NCBI RefSeq assembly: GCF_037042905.1
Contig: NC_087251.1
Span: forward strand, 40,240,001-40,304,000
Source of the DNA: Lytechinus pictus
Lineage: Eukaryota
Length of the DNA: 64,000 bases
Direction: 5' to 3'
A model generated the notes under the pieces. It had not been told where the DNA came from, did not search any database, and was given only the letters and a program-made list of their open reading frames with translations. Of the stretch, positions 36,561 to 50,912 are shown one piece after another (position 1 is the first letter of the stretch; each line of letters begins with the position of its first letter). A program made the translations under genes and the position numbers.

Positions 36561-36730
36561 TCGCTGATGTGGTTTACGGTACACCATGTGAAGTGTTGTA
36601 GAAACAGTGGATAGGAGAAGAGAAGAAATTGATAGGCGAGAAAGTGGAGATTTGAGAGTAGAGTATTCTTTCTTGAAAGTAGTCTGTTTCTACAACACTT
36701 CACATGGTGTACCGTAAACCACATCAGCGA
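36561..36730. repeat. Perfect ~47-bp inverted repeat with ~75-bp spacer
   Basis: tcgctgatgtggtttacggtacaccatgtgaagtgttgtagaaacag and its exact reverse complement. Confidence 0.9.
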
Positions 36731-37992
36731 TTGTACATACCACCATGCAAACCTTCAAAAAATATAAACACTGGCAAAAGAGAAGGAAATCAACACAAAT
36801 CAATGTAGGATCCATAAGGAATCAACATCACTTGGGATTTTCACTTTGTTTCCTTTTAATTTCAGTTATAGCAACAAAAAGGATGATGGTAATGATGATG
36901 GTAAAATCAATACTTATGAATGATAGTGATATTGAAAAAAAGTAATGGCAATCGAACTGGTTCTGTAAATTATTACCTAACAAAATATTAGCTATTCGTC
37001 AGATTTACTCAGTTATTCCCTATACACAATCATACACATTTCCAAGTAATATACCTCAGGAATATGGTGCATGATCGTAATTAATTCTGCTTAATATATG
37101 AATTTTCATCTAGCTACCATTTTCAGGAACTAGTGGCCAGTCCATTTCTCGAACCCTCTCCCATTTTCTTGATTCTTTCTATACCAATCAATGTCAACGC
37201 ACTAATCAAACACACCAATGCACGCCGTATGCATGCCAGTGGTCAGAATGAGAGCACTATCACATCTCGTTCCCATTGCTTAATAATGAGCATCTCCATC
37301 ACTTCCTCCATGTTTGACGTTTAATTCATCGGCACTTCTTCGAGGTGGATGTGCATGTGACGGGATGCGCAGTTGAACTACAGTTGGAGTGCATCGGATA
37401 GTAATGAAATCGGCAGTGGGATTTGGGTCTTTGCATGTCAAACGATATTGGCCAAGAACGAAAAGGTGCACGAAGCGCGCGTTGAGCGTGCCCCTATTCG
37501 GCGGGAAAGGCACGAAGAGTCAACAGTGACAAATTGCAATACAATGCAATTCATTTCGCACCCTCTCCTTTTCTCTCTCTCTCATTTATTTCATTCCAAA
37601 CCTCTCACTTCTCTCTTCTACGATACGAATCGTTCATCAGTAATAGCTTCTCGGATTTCAGATGAAGTCTGGATATTTCTATTTTCGTGAAATAATGATT
37701 CCTCCGCCAGTATTTGATTGACAGTTTAGTCATATGTGATAAATTTCTCAATGCTAAGTATCGTAGACGGATGACATTGACGTAGTGGAAAGTGTGTCGT
37801 GTTAGACAGGTAGTCTTTTATATCTATACGTCATATGAATAAAGATGATACATGCAAACATTTTGTAAAGAGAAAAAGAACAGGTGTCTGCATTAATGTA
37901 TGAATCGTGGCACGACCTTATTTTGTTTAAACATTTCAAAACAGCATTTTACCACTCATGAACAACTGATGTAGAAATGTGAAGGGAAACTC

Positions 37993-38513
37993 TTAAAGGT
38001 CAAGTCCACCCCTGAAAATGTTAATTTGAATAAATAAAGAAATAGCATTATGCTGAAAATTTCACCAAAATTGGATGTAAAATGAGTTTTGCTTATTTAT
38101 CACAAAACAGTGATATACACAACTCAGTGACATGCAATGAAACAGTCGATGATGTCCGTCACTCACTATTTTTTTTTGTTTTGTTCAAATTATACAATAT
38201 TCAATTTTTACAGATTTGACAATAAGGACCAACTTGACTGAAACATAGTATTAATGCTAACTCCACATGTTCAGGGAGGAATTAATCGTTTCACTTGACA
38301 ATGAGGAGAAAATTAGAATATTTCACATTTTATATAATGAAATACAAAAGAAATATTGAGTGGATGACGACATCAGTCACCTCATTTGCATACCGACCAG
38401 GATGTGGATATAAGTTTGTGAAAATAAGCAAAATTTTAAAATGTCATAACTTTTATTTATTTTACAACTAATTTCGATGAAATTTTCAGTGTTATTCTCG
38501 TTATAAGTGGACT
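37993..38513. mobile_element. Kolobok-like non-autonomous element, right end decayed
   Basis: TTAA|AGGTCAAGTCCAC start; mirrored gctgaaaatttca / tgaaattttcagt and gtggact at the right end. Confidence 0.55.
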
Positions 38514-40107
38514 CAAACAACTAAATGCTTCTCAACCTGTCCATAAAATTATCATGGTCATCGGATATTAATCAAAGGCAAGAACTTTGTCAAACCAAGG
38601 GGTTTCCAACTCCTCGGTCAAACAAAAATATTAAGCGAGGGAGAGAGAAAGAAAGAGAGAGGGTGGGGAGGGGATGTAGGGGGAGAGAGGGAGAATATAT
38701 TTATGCTCTGATCGAGCAGAAAATTACGTTGCATACTTCAACGAATTCCATGTCATTTAACGCACTATTTAAAAAATGTTTCATCCCCAAATCTTGCCAA
38801 AATTGTAATTTTCTTCTAAAAATAAGTGTCTGATTTCAATTTTCTACAGTGAATATCTAACCAAACACACTTTACAAGGGATCGATGTCATGAAAACGCG
38901 TTTATATTTCTACTGAAGATATGGGTTCATTAGAAACAAATAAGATAAGCAATTGTTATTGCATCATCACAGTCTATATGGTAGCCTCTGATTTCTCAAA
39001 CCAAGCTTGGACACATTGTGAGAGATTTATTCTTCAATATAAAGTCAATTCATTTCAGGTATGAAGGTATGAAGTATCCAAACTATTGAATTCCACTCCG
39101 GATTTCAATCTTGAAAAATTAGAAACGGTCGAAAATATTTTCAAACGATTTGAATGATTAAAACATATAATCATGGAACATGAGATTAATATTAAGATAA
39201 AAAACAAAGTAGCTGAAAGAGAGTGAGAGCAAATGACGCCGATGAAGATACGTGACAGGAGGTTTATTATCTTCATTATGTAATCTATAAAACCTCATGA
39301 AATTCACAAAAGTCCATCTTTTTAAAATCTAAGGATCGTTTCTCATGAAACAATGTATACGGAGCTGGAAATTCTAAGATCCAACAGATCTTTGATGCCA
39401 GTCCACACTCGAAGCCTGTTTTGTACACTATTCACTGTATTATCATTTTTGTTACTTTGTTTTGTTGTTGTCATTATGTATTTCTTATCTACTTGTATAT
39501 GTTATTTTTATCGAGTGAAATAAATGAATTGAAATTGAATTGAGCCTTCACCTGCATACTTTTGAATCGCGTTAATAAAAATACATTGGTAGATTTTGTA
39601 TAGATACTACATCCATATCCTTGATCTGATTTTTTCCCCGGCATTTTAAGAGAAAGAGAACCGATTCACAACTTATTTCAGCCGATTTTGCCTTTAATGA
39701 AATATGAGATTCACTGGATGAGAAAGGGAGATTTTCTTTTCGTTTAGTTCTACGCAGTTCCAGAGATTGCGAAGAGGGAGACTAGAGTTCTTGCATACCA
39801 TTCTTTTTAAAGTAAGGCATCAATAAATATTAAAGAAGGGCAATTTATGACAGTGTGCTTCATTCCCCCAAGCCCTCTCTTCACCAGGACATCAACGCGT
39901 AAGCTTTGACATTAATGTCTGAAAAGATGGTATAGTCTGCTCCTAATCAATGCCTGAAATGCTGTTGCCATGGTAATGATAGCCTCTTGACATTCATCTT
40001 CGATCCTGAGGTCGTCAGGAGCAAATCAATCATGTCTTTTATAGTCTCATAGCCCACGACCCTCTTCGAACAATAATAATAAGGAGGAAAACTCTATAGC
40101 ATATTGG

Positions 40108-42909
40108 GAGTGCCTCTACCTCGGGGCCTCGGTCGGTCGCCTAACCGACTCGTCGATGGAGCCCGGTGCCATCATTCCAAGTGGAGTTAGGGGGTTAGAA
40201 ACCCAGGGCGCTTTGTAATTGACCGTGAAACGGATGAAAGGCTGGCAAAACAAATCAATGTTAAATAAATCTTGGTATACTCCTCTAAAGTAGATGTAGT
40301 GAAGCACCCCTAAACGATGCTGAAATCTGATCTTCGCAAAATCCAATAAGGTCGCCAAAATATGCAAATTACCCATGAAAATCATAAAATTGCCCGCACA
40401 TTGGCTATAAAATTCATTTAATTGTGGTGCAGCAGTGAAATTTTCTCTGAAAAAATGATTTTCGACAAAATATTTATTTTCTTGATATTCAAAATGGCCG
40501 CCAAAGACCCCTGTATACTCATCATCATTATGTACAATATGAATGGGGAAAACTAATTTTCACGTAAGTGAGCACTCAAATGCAAGTAATTGTGATCTTT
40601 GACTGAAGTAATGAATGAAAACATGATCGCTAATGAAATGTATCATTTGGTATGTCATGTAATAAATGATGTATTTTTATATTCCAAATGCCACCAAACG
40701 CTGACTAACAGTATTACTACAATGTTAATGGGGACATTAAAAATATCACAAGAGTGAGTACTAAAATGCAAATTGTACAGATAACGAGTGGAGTACTAAT
40801 CAAAAAACATATTTTTTAACGAAATACAATATTTAATATTCAATGTATGTGATAAATGCTGTATTTTGAAATTCAAAATGGCCGCCATAGGCCCTATATT
40901 TACCTGTACAATGCGAATGGAGAAACTAATTTTCACAAGAGCAAGTACCATAAAATGCATGTAAATGTGATCTACGCGAGTAAAATATTGACTGAAACAC
41001 GTTTTCTAGCGCAACATATCATTTCTTTTGCCATGCATGAGATAAATGCTGTATTGTGAAATTCAAAGTGGCCCCCATAGACCCTAAGAGTAGTTGTAAG
41101 AATTGGGATTTGCTTGACTATGAAATCAATATATAATCCTCTTGTTTGAGTAAAATATTACTTGAAAACATGATTTTTATGAAATATAGCATTTCTTCTG
41201 CCATGTAGGTGATAAATACTTGACATAAAATAGCCTCTATACAAGCCCTAACTAAACTATATATATATATATATAGGGAATCTAACTTTCACAAGAGTGA
41301 GAATCATAAAATGCATGTTACTGTGATGTATGAGAAAAACTATTGTCTTAAACATGATATCTAATTAAATACATCACATATTGGAAATGAAGGTGCGTGG
41401 GCCTAATAGATGCTGTACTTTGAATTTCAAAGTGGCTGCCATTAGCTAAAAAAGTATTATGTACATTGTAACTAGGGACATATAAATACAGAATTTGGCT
41501 TTGCTTTACTATAAATATTGCATATAATTTTGATGTAAGAGTGAAATATTGTATAAAACCATGGTTTCTAACAAGATATATTATATCTTGTGTAATTAAG
41601 GTGATAAATGCTGTATTTTGAAACTGAAAATGGCTGCCATAGACCCTTATCGTATTATGGACAATTTGAATGGGGATAAGTTTCACAAAAGGGCATATGG
41701 CGGCCATTTTGAAATATAGCATTTATCTCCTAAATTACATAAGATATGATATATTTAGTTAGAAATAATGTTTTTAGACAATATTTCACTCATACAACAC
41801 CATTTAGTCAGGCAAAGCCAAAATCTGTTAAAATCCTTTCCTCATTCACGTTGTACATAATAAGCAGGTAAGGGTTTGTAGCGGCCATTTTGACTTTCAA
41901 AATATAGTATTCATCACCTATAGAAGAAACGATATATCTTGTTAGAAATTATGCTATCAGACAATATTTTACTCACAGATCACAATTACGTGCATTTATG
42001 GTGCTCACTCCTGTGAAAATTGGTTTCCCAGTCCGCATTGTACATAATACAGTCAATGTCTATGGCGGCCATTTTGAATGTCAAAATACAGTATTTAACA
42101 CAAACTTGAAACCTGAAAGATATATTTCGTTACAAATTATGTGGGTTTCTTTTTTTTAAACAGGATCCCATTTATTTATCACAAGTACATGTACATGCAT
42201 TTTAGTGCTCACTCTTTTCTTTGGTCCTCTTTCTCATTGTATATAATACTGTTTGGGTCTTTGGTGACCATTTTGAATATTCAAATTCAGCATTTATCAC
42301 AAAAATCGCATATTAGATAATATATTTTGTTAACAATTATGTTTGAGTCAGTATTCCACTCGTTTATCTTAATAATATGCATTTTAGTGCTCACTCTTGT
42401 GATTTTTTTTGCCCCCATTGCCATTGTACATCATACTGTTTGGGCCAATGGCGGCTATTTTGAATATCAAAATACAGCAATTTTCCCATACATGACATAA
42501 TAAATTATATACGTTTGTAATGATGATTTTCATACTTTACTTCATTTATAGATCACAATTACTTGTAATTAAGTGCTCATAATTTTTTTGTGAAAAATCA
42601 GTTTTCCCTTTTGACATTGTACATAATAGAGTATACAGTGGTCTATGGCGGCCATTTTGAATATCAAGAAAATAAATATTTTGTCAAAAATCATTTTTTT
42701 TTCAGAGAGTATTTCAGTCCTGCCACACAATTTCATGCATTTTATATAGCCAATGTGATGGAAATCTGACATGTATGCTGAATATCATAAATTTAACCAA
42801 GATCACTTCCATTTTGTAGCGAAACCTTTTTTTTTTGCTTGTCAAATTTTATCCAGCACCTCCTGTGAAAGAAAAATCGTTTCCATGGCCCTCCATGGTA
42901 CTGGCACTC
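40108..42909. mobile_element. Large foldback element with ~190-bp internal subunits
   Basis: 40395-41690 mirrored by 41690-42757; CAAAATGGCCGCC motif in each subunit; outer GAGTGCCTCTACC / GGTACTGGCACTC. Confidence 0.75.
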
Positions 42910-45679
42910 TGTAACTCCTTTATATGTATTTTACTTTTTTGAATGTGTATTTAATTGCATGCATTTTATTTATAAAGTTACGACCTATTTTTTTTAAATA
43001 TGAATATGGAAAATAAATGAAAAGAAACGAAACGTATTTCTTCGATGATGACCTCGGTAGCCGCATCCATACTTCTACATTAAAGCACCATTCAGCTCCG
43101 CCTATCCAATCTATACATATTTATTTTTACACTTCATAAACGTGACACCGATTTTTCTCTCTCCATGACTGCATCCAATCGAGCCCGAATCAAATTCTAA
43201 TTTCGAAGCCGTGATGAATTTTGATTGCATGATGAGGACTAACCATTGGGAATTGGAAAGTAAAATGTAAGCAGAAGCAGTGATAACGACCGCGCCAAGA
43301 AGAAAAGGTTAAGTGGGGAGAAATTCGTCACCGAATTGAACTTCTAAGGTTTCATAGGCCGGAGATGGCACGTCTTGTTTTGAAACTTTGCAGGTGACAG
43401 TTTTCACAAAAAAATGTATTCATCCGGCGTGTCCAGTATAAACTTTATTTAATCTGTGATTATATCTGGAGGGCACCATAACACATAATGGACAATAACT
43501 AAAGGACAATTCAGTTGATCAAAACACCAATATGATCAGATTGTAATTCATAGGATGAAATCATCACGCGTAACATTCAAAATTCACTAAAATTCAATGA
43601 AAAATAAGAAAGAAACGGGCATTGATGATTGCCTATTTTAACAACATGGTGACACACCACTGGCGTAAATCTAGTCCGAGCAGTTGGGGGATGATAGCAA
43701 ACCCGACAATTCCAAATTTTCGGGACACCCCCACACCAAGGGTTATGTATAAAGGGGTTTATAGTCGTGTACATAATACTACCATCTTACGGTTAAGGCC
43801 GATAACGATTTTTTAAATGGCAATATTGTAATGGATTTGTTGTGATATAAAGTATAATGAATTACAATTCACTTAAAATGCGAGCGAGCAAATTTCCAAT
43901 AGTTGGAAGAAAGAATGATGACCAATATCTTCTTTCGATGGGTGTGTAATTATTGCAGAAATGCAGCGAGTGAGCCTTGAAAATGTTGCTTCAGTCGTTT
44001 AAATGATATGCATATATTACAGAGGATGAAAACGGTAAATTATCGGCAATTTAAACTATAAAAGATAAGGAAAATAAACGTAAAGAGCAAATAACCTGTT
44101 AAATGAAAACTCATTTTCTCACTGGTTAAAGATGAGATGAGAATATAAAAAATGAGATCATGGTTATCGGAATTAAGGGTGCTTTAGAAAATGATCATAG
44201 GCCATCACAGGGAACAATATAAACTTCCAAAAACGTGGAAATCACATATTGCAAAAAGGGAATATGTTGAATAATTTTCACATTATATTGGGAGATGATG
44301 CAAAATTGCAACATTTAAATTCTGAGCAAAATTTTTGTTGTTGAAATATTTATTAGATTGTTATCGAATAAATGTGATTTAAAATCTGCTGCAAACATAT
44401 AAAATTGTAAAGTGTGTGGGAAATATTGCTATCCTCACTTGCCTATGTGTTTCATTAATGGCATTGATTTGGTCTATGTCATCAAATTCATCATACACTT
44501 AATTTGAACTACTTGTATGTTTTGTACAAAATTCCCCGCTTCCACAAAGATGCTAGGATATGACACCCCCCCCCCTTCACGCCAGTGTATTCAAAGGATG
44601 CTTTGATTGGTTCATGATCAAAGTTATAACAATTTTTTAAAGTTATTGGTATCATACAGTTCATAAATGGATGTATTATAAGCAGGCTCTAATGATGCAG
44701 CGGATATAAGCTTAACTTTCGGATTTCCCATGGACAGTTAAAATCTTGTGAGATAAAATTCAGCGCGGGAGCGGAGCGACCACGATAAATTTTGCATATT
44801 AAGAATGCAAAATTTGGTCAATTCAAGCACAGGAGTAGTAATCATTTGATAGTTAGAAAGGCATATCGGTTTTGTCATGAAAAGTGTGGGGGGGGGGGTG
44901 GATGATTGTACATGCCATCCCCCTCTCCAAAAAATGAAGGGGGGATAATATCCCCTCATCCCCCGGTATTGACGCCCGTGTAACACAATGACAAAGTGGT
45001 CGATATTAAAATGACAAAGCTTGCGATTTCACACATTAAACATTCTTCATCTATTTTTATGTCTTATTTCAAACGTTTTATTCTTTTATAATTTGAATAA
45101 AGAAGAAACTCTCAATTAAATCGCAATAAATCCCAATAATTATCACTTTCGTATCCCTTAAGGAGTATATACACCGTTTTGTCACATTATTGGAGCTAGA
45201 ATTCGAATTATTTGAGCGTCTATGATAATTATAAAAATAAAAAATTAATAGTCATTAATCGGATAGATGGATAAATATAGACATGAAACAATAAACTGTT
45301 AAAAAGGAAGATTTTCTAACTAGAAATGTTGAGTCAGCATCTTTCCCTGAAAAAGCTTAATTTCAGTGAACATGTTTACAGGCCTGTACATTAATTTACT
45401 TCGGCAATACTTTGTTGATCCTTTGTAAGCATAATTATATTGGAGTTCATACATGAATATCCTAATGATAAGCTGAAGCAAGGCATGGTATTTATCCAAA
45501 ATAAAATCCCTGACAAAAAAAATCCTTTTAAAACTGAATAGCCTCCAACAAAATCATGTATGATTTATGGTGGAAAGTGTGTCATCTTCCAGACCGTCGA
45601 GTTTGTGTGGTCGGTGTGCGTGACTCAAGCACACAATCGAAACCGACCGATGATATATATATATATATTTTTTTTTTTT

Positions 45680-45866
45680 GTTATAACAATTTCACACCTT
45701 GTTACCAATAATGCATATAGCATTTCCATTTATTTGAAAGCAGGATAAAAGAGCATTGTAGATGAAATGCCTTGCTCACGGGCATAGTTGCCGCGGCCGG
45801 GGATCGAACCCCGGACTTTTTCATGTATAGCCAGGCGCCTTTGACCACTCGGCCACGGCACCTCCA
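45680..45866 (-). mobile_element. tRNA-derived SINE
   Basis: Reverse strand TGGCCGAGTGG, GGTTCGATCCC, gtgagcaaggcattt body. Confidence 0.8.
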
Positions 45867-47422
45867 CTATATGATAGCGTTGATGATATGATAGCGTTGA
45901 TCGATTTAAAGCTGGTTTAGTCGGTGTGACTGTACCTGAGCTTGGGGAAGTCTTAATTCATGGGGGACCATCCCTACACGATGCTCTCTGTATGTCTATA
46001 ATTCATATCTTGGGTAGTATGGAATAAATAAAATCAAATACGACGCTATAAATGTCACGCTGCTGTAAACAACTAGACAGTTGAGAGTCAGACCGTTTTA
46101 CAGCGATTTTTTTTTTTTTTTAAACTGTATGCTGGTGTGTGTGCCCATAATACATCGTAAAGTTGTATATAACTTCCACAATAAGCCAACAAACCGTTTT
46201 GACAAGACAGTAACTTCATAAACTATAATTATGGCCAATGGCGTAGCCATTCCCTTTTTCGTAAAAAAATGGGAGGGGCGCATCTAACAGCTTAAGACCC
46301 CGTTTAAGACAGGGCGGAAAACTAAACGAATGAGGTATACTAGTGTCTTCTTTTTAGCCAATCCCTGCCAGCTTTTTCTGTTTTGGTATCAACCCATATC
46401 ATTATATTTAGTAATTTGATGGGAGACGGCAGGCGTGCGTGTGAGAGGGTGAGGGTGGGTGTGGGTGTGTGTGCGAGGGGGGTGTGTCCGTGTGAAGGGG
46501 TAGTTATGCACTCCAAATACACTCTCAATTTGGTATCTTCCCCCAAATATTTGAGGCTCCGTCGTTGTTGTTATGGATTGATAACCTCGTAACTCTTGTT
46601 TTATGTTGTTGCCATAAATTAAAAATCTTTTGTCATCATAAAGTTTTGTCATCACGAGTTTCTGTGGAATCATTGGACATTTGACATGGTTTGTTGAGAA
46701 AAGCATATCCCCGCTATTCATGATAGTAATATCCCCTTTGGACGAATCATTTTTTTGTTGTTGCTATGTGAACTTAATTCCACATCACTCATTTACTAAT
46801 TTATATGGAAATCCAAAAATTACATTAAGATGAATGGAATAATGTACATTTTATTTGCCTCCCTATACATTAAGTACAGGGCCCTGAGAACATTTTTAAC
46901 AGGGGGTGCTGATTTGAATGTGACAGTAAAGAAAAGCTTCCACTGCAAAATGAAGGCCAGTTTGGTCAGAAGAAATTAGACAGCAAAAGAAAAGAGGGTT
47001 TCACTATATGAAATGAAGCTGATTTGTTAAAATTTCTGCATTTTAGAAAACCTACCAGATTTCCAGGGGGTGTTGCTTATATGTGAACTAATATACGCAG
47101 CACACTACAGCTAAATTGCACCCCAAGCACCTCCGCTTCCAAGAGCCATGATTAAACAGAGTTTATATGAATATCACTTCACACTTGGTATAAATAAGGA
47201 ACGAGACCACTGTCAGATCAGTTCCCGATTTCTGCCTAGCCAAGTCTAATAAAAAAACAAAACAATTGTATGGCTAACAACAAATCCCAATGTTTTCAAT
47301 GGCAAAATTACGGTTTTCTGAGGTTGGTATGGAAGGAAATCTAAAATTCTCTTGGCATCTTAATTGTCTCATTAGACAATACTCTCAAGTCATATAAATA
47401 TAAATAAATGAATAAATAAATA

Positions 47423-47456
<34 letters not shown>

Positions 47457-49052
47457 CATATAATATATTTATATTCATATATTTATTTATATGAATTGAG
47501 AACATTAAAGATAGAGGGGGAGATAGGGCACCAGGCGCCCCTGCCTTAGGGTACAGCATGAACCTGATACAGCAACTGATATCGATGTGCTCTCTTCTCA
47601 AGCGAGGCAAATGGCGTCACAAGGCTAACAATTTTCCGCCCTTTGAGTTTTCGATGAATCCATTTCCCCATATTCGCGTTAGCCGGTATTTCATGCCACA
47701 GTACGCCAATTTTTGAATCCACCTACGTCTTGTACATGGGGCCCTTCTCAGAGCGAGATAAAAACAAAACTAATAAACTATTTCACGAGATAATTTAGAT
47801 GCGATATTCGTTTTGTGTGCTCAGTCAATTGTGCTTGGACTAATTATGGGATAGGGAAAGGTATGTCTGGCACCACAGGAAAATAATTATTTCTGTCGCA
47901 ACGTATTGGTGATCTCAATATGAAATGAATTTTGTCAAGACACATTATCTTAATTTATTTTCACCTTTTTTTTTAAAAGAAATATGTTAATATTCTTCAC
48001 GCTTGTTATTATTTTAGGGTAGAAAAATACTAATGAAAAAACAAATGGATTTTAATCCCGCATGGTAGGCGTAATTAGTTTATAAATAGCTATTAATACG
48101 GTCGCACGAGAGGCCGATTATATTTTCGACTTTTTATGTTCTACTTAACATCAATAAGGACATGACAATTATATTAAAAGTAACAGAAAAAAGAGCACCG
48201 CCGTCTTTAACCTCTGCCGGAGTTGTATCATCACCGGATTTGGTGAATAAAACGTTATTCAAACTGGTTTTTCTAACAGCCTCTCATTTTTTCCCATGTT
48301 CCTGTTGAAATGTAAACAGTTGGGACTACCTCATCTTACACATTCATCTGAAGACTCCCAAGGATCGTATGAAGGGAATGTTTTTACAGCGTGGTCGATC
48401 TCGGCCAACCTTTTTACTTTCCCCTTCATTTCCCCGACGTACCGCATACATGCATTGCTCTAATTCTCCATCCCTTCCGCTGTATATCTTCTTCTACGTG
48501 AAAAGAAAGCTTGCCAAAAGCAATGTTTTCGGTCGTAGAGAAACACACTGTTTAAAGGTCACTTCGTTTTCCGACTGCATTATCATCATTTTAATTTCAA
48601 GAAAATAAAGATAATGTTTTACATCTATCGCAAATATTTGGACTGGTGCAAGTCGAGGGGTAGTATATCATCCATCAAACTGTTTAATGTAACAAGTGGA
48701 AATGGTAGATATGTGAAACTATAGATATACTGCTCTGTATAGCTCTTGGTCCTTGAAGTCATATTTCGCAGAATCGGTCTATTTCCTCACATAACTACCA
48801 CCTAGAAAAATTATATCTAAAACTCTGTCAGGTATTTTGAATGAAAAAAAAATGGATTGGGAAATGGGTTTTAATTTACGAATTCTACATTAGCAAAAAC
48901 CTTGTCCCCCCCCCCAAAAAAAAAAAAAAAAATGCAAAAAGTCAATTTTTTATCAATTCAACTCAGTTCAATTAAATTTTTCATTTCCTTTCTATTCAAA
49001 CATAGTACAAAGTAATCTAAATAAGATACAAATTAATGGATTAATATTTCAA

Positions 49053-49771
49053 TCCTTATTTAACTGGGGGTCAATTTGACCCCTCCCCCTCCTCGACAAA
49101 TTTCGTCACTACGCCGTCGCGCGAAATATTTTGACCCCGCCCCTAGCCGACTGTTTACTTTCAAGTCTTGCGCAATTTGCGACGCCCAGGTACGCGGTTC
49201 CGAAATAACGCAACATTTTTTAAGTGCATGTCAGACCCCAAAGAGCTCAAAAACGTGATTCTTTGTACAAAGTCAATGCAAATTGTGTTTTTCAACCAAA
49301 AATCATAAGTGTATGATTATTTTTACTTTCGTTGTTTAAATGGATTTATTTTATGCTATTTATGATCGCAGAAGGGTCCCCAACAAAGTTCATCGAAAAA
49401 AAAAACAATAAAAAACAAAGGCTTGAAAATTATATTTTGGCAATTTTATTGAGATATTTGTTAGATATGTAAAAATTGATACTCTCACCAAAAAAGACAT
49501 TCTACTAGCTATATAAAGTGAGTTAAAGGCAAAAAATACCCACACAAAATTAGGGCAAATTTCATACGCTCATTTGCATAATTAACAAATTATAAACAAT
49601 TTTTTTAAAGTTTACTATATTCTTGTATAGTTTACATCCGGCTTTATACGCGCGTGCAAATTTTCGCGGCGATCGCGCAATCAGCGGCCGAGATCTGAAG
49701 GGGGGTGGGGGGGGGGGGGTCAAATTGACCCCCCGTATATCCTGGTCTGAAATAGCCCAGTCAAAATAGGG
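49053..49771. mobile_element. piggyBac-like non-autonomous element inserted into a LINE 3' fragment
   Basis: Right end cccagtcaaaataggg|TTAA, decayed left end; ggggtcaawttgacccc palindromes near both ends; LINE tail at ~48955 and its UTR motif at ~49795. Confidence 0.65.
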
Positions 49772-50679
49772 TTAAAGAAAAAAAGTTAAAAATAGAGCAA
49801 TGCTTGTAAAGTATGGATCCCACTTTACAATGTAAGAATAAACAATTGGGTACTGTAATATTAAACACGCGTATATGTTTTTTAAAAAGACAAAAAGAAA
49901 AAAAAGAGGAAGAAACGACAAAGGTGGAAATTAACAGTATTTTGAATTACAGATTAGAATTATGTAAGTATGGCATCGTTGCATTGATACAATGTTACAA
50001 TTTTATGAAATAACGTCATTTAATCGAATTTTCGAAAAACGGAGCGGACTCTTTCTAAGACTATATAGTAAATTGAAGTGGCGTGCAAGGAGAATACGTG
50101 ATTCGCATTCAACAAAAATGACTATCGTAAAAACCATGACAGTAACACTCTGAAGTAAGAGAAACCATGTACTTCTGAAAACTTCACCTCGTGCTCTTCT
50201 TAAAAAAATCGAAACAACTGTCAAATAAGGGCATTCTTTGCCGGATATCTTGGTATTTTTGTATATATTATTATGGCGTCTAACCAAAGAAAGTACGATT
50301 TCGTATAGGAATTGTGATGCTTGTCTTTTTATTTCATTTTTAGCTGCTGGTTCATTATATATATCTATAGACATTTTAAGTTGGCACGATTGCCGTTCCA
50401 AACTTAAGACATATTCAAAACTATTGTGTAGCCGTCTAAATACGTCTGACGGAAAGCGTTCGACTGTTTTTGCAAAAAAATATATATATCATTTTGTTAC
50501 GTTTGAATACCGGTATATGCAATAAGATATAAACGTTAAATGACTATCAAAAGATCAGTAATTATAAAACTGATCTTTAATATTATCCTGCTATGGCAAT
50601 TTTAAAATGAAACATATCAATAAAATGAAATGATACATTCCATATATAGAATGAAATACTGAGTAGATTATGTTCTGTA

Positions 50680-50912
50680 CACTGCAAAAACTCCGGTGTT
50701 GATTTAACACCAGCCCGGAACCTATGTCCACACCAGAGAAGTGTTAAACAACACCAGTTTCGTTTTGGTCTAACACCAGAGAGGTGTTTGTACAACACCA
50801 ATTAGTATCAAAACAGCATCGATTTGATTCCAAACTGGTGTTCAATACTTCTCTGGTGTGGACATAATAGATTCCGAGCTGGTGTTAAATCAACACCGGA
50901 GTTTTTGCAGTG
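50680..50912. mobile_element. CACTG-ended palindromic MITE (EnSpm/CACTA-like), TA flanks
   Basis: TA|CACTGCAAAAACTCCGGTGTTGATTTAACACCAGC...GCTGGTGTTAAATCAACACCGGAGTTTTTGCAGTG|TA. Confidence 0.88.
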
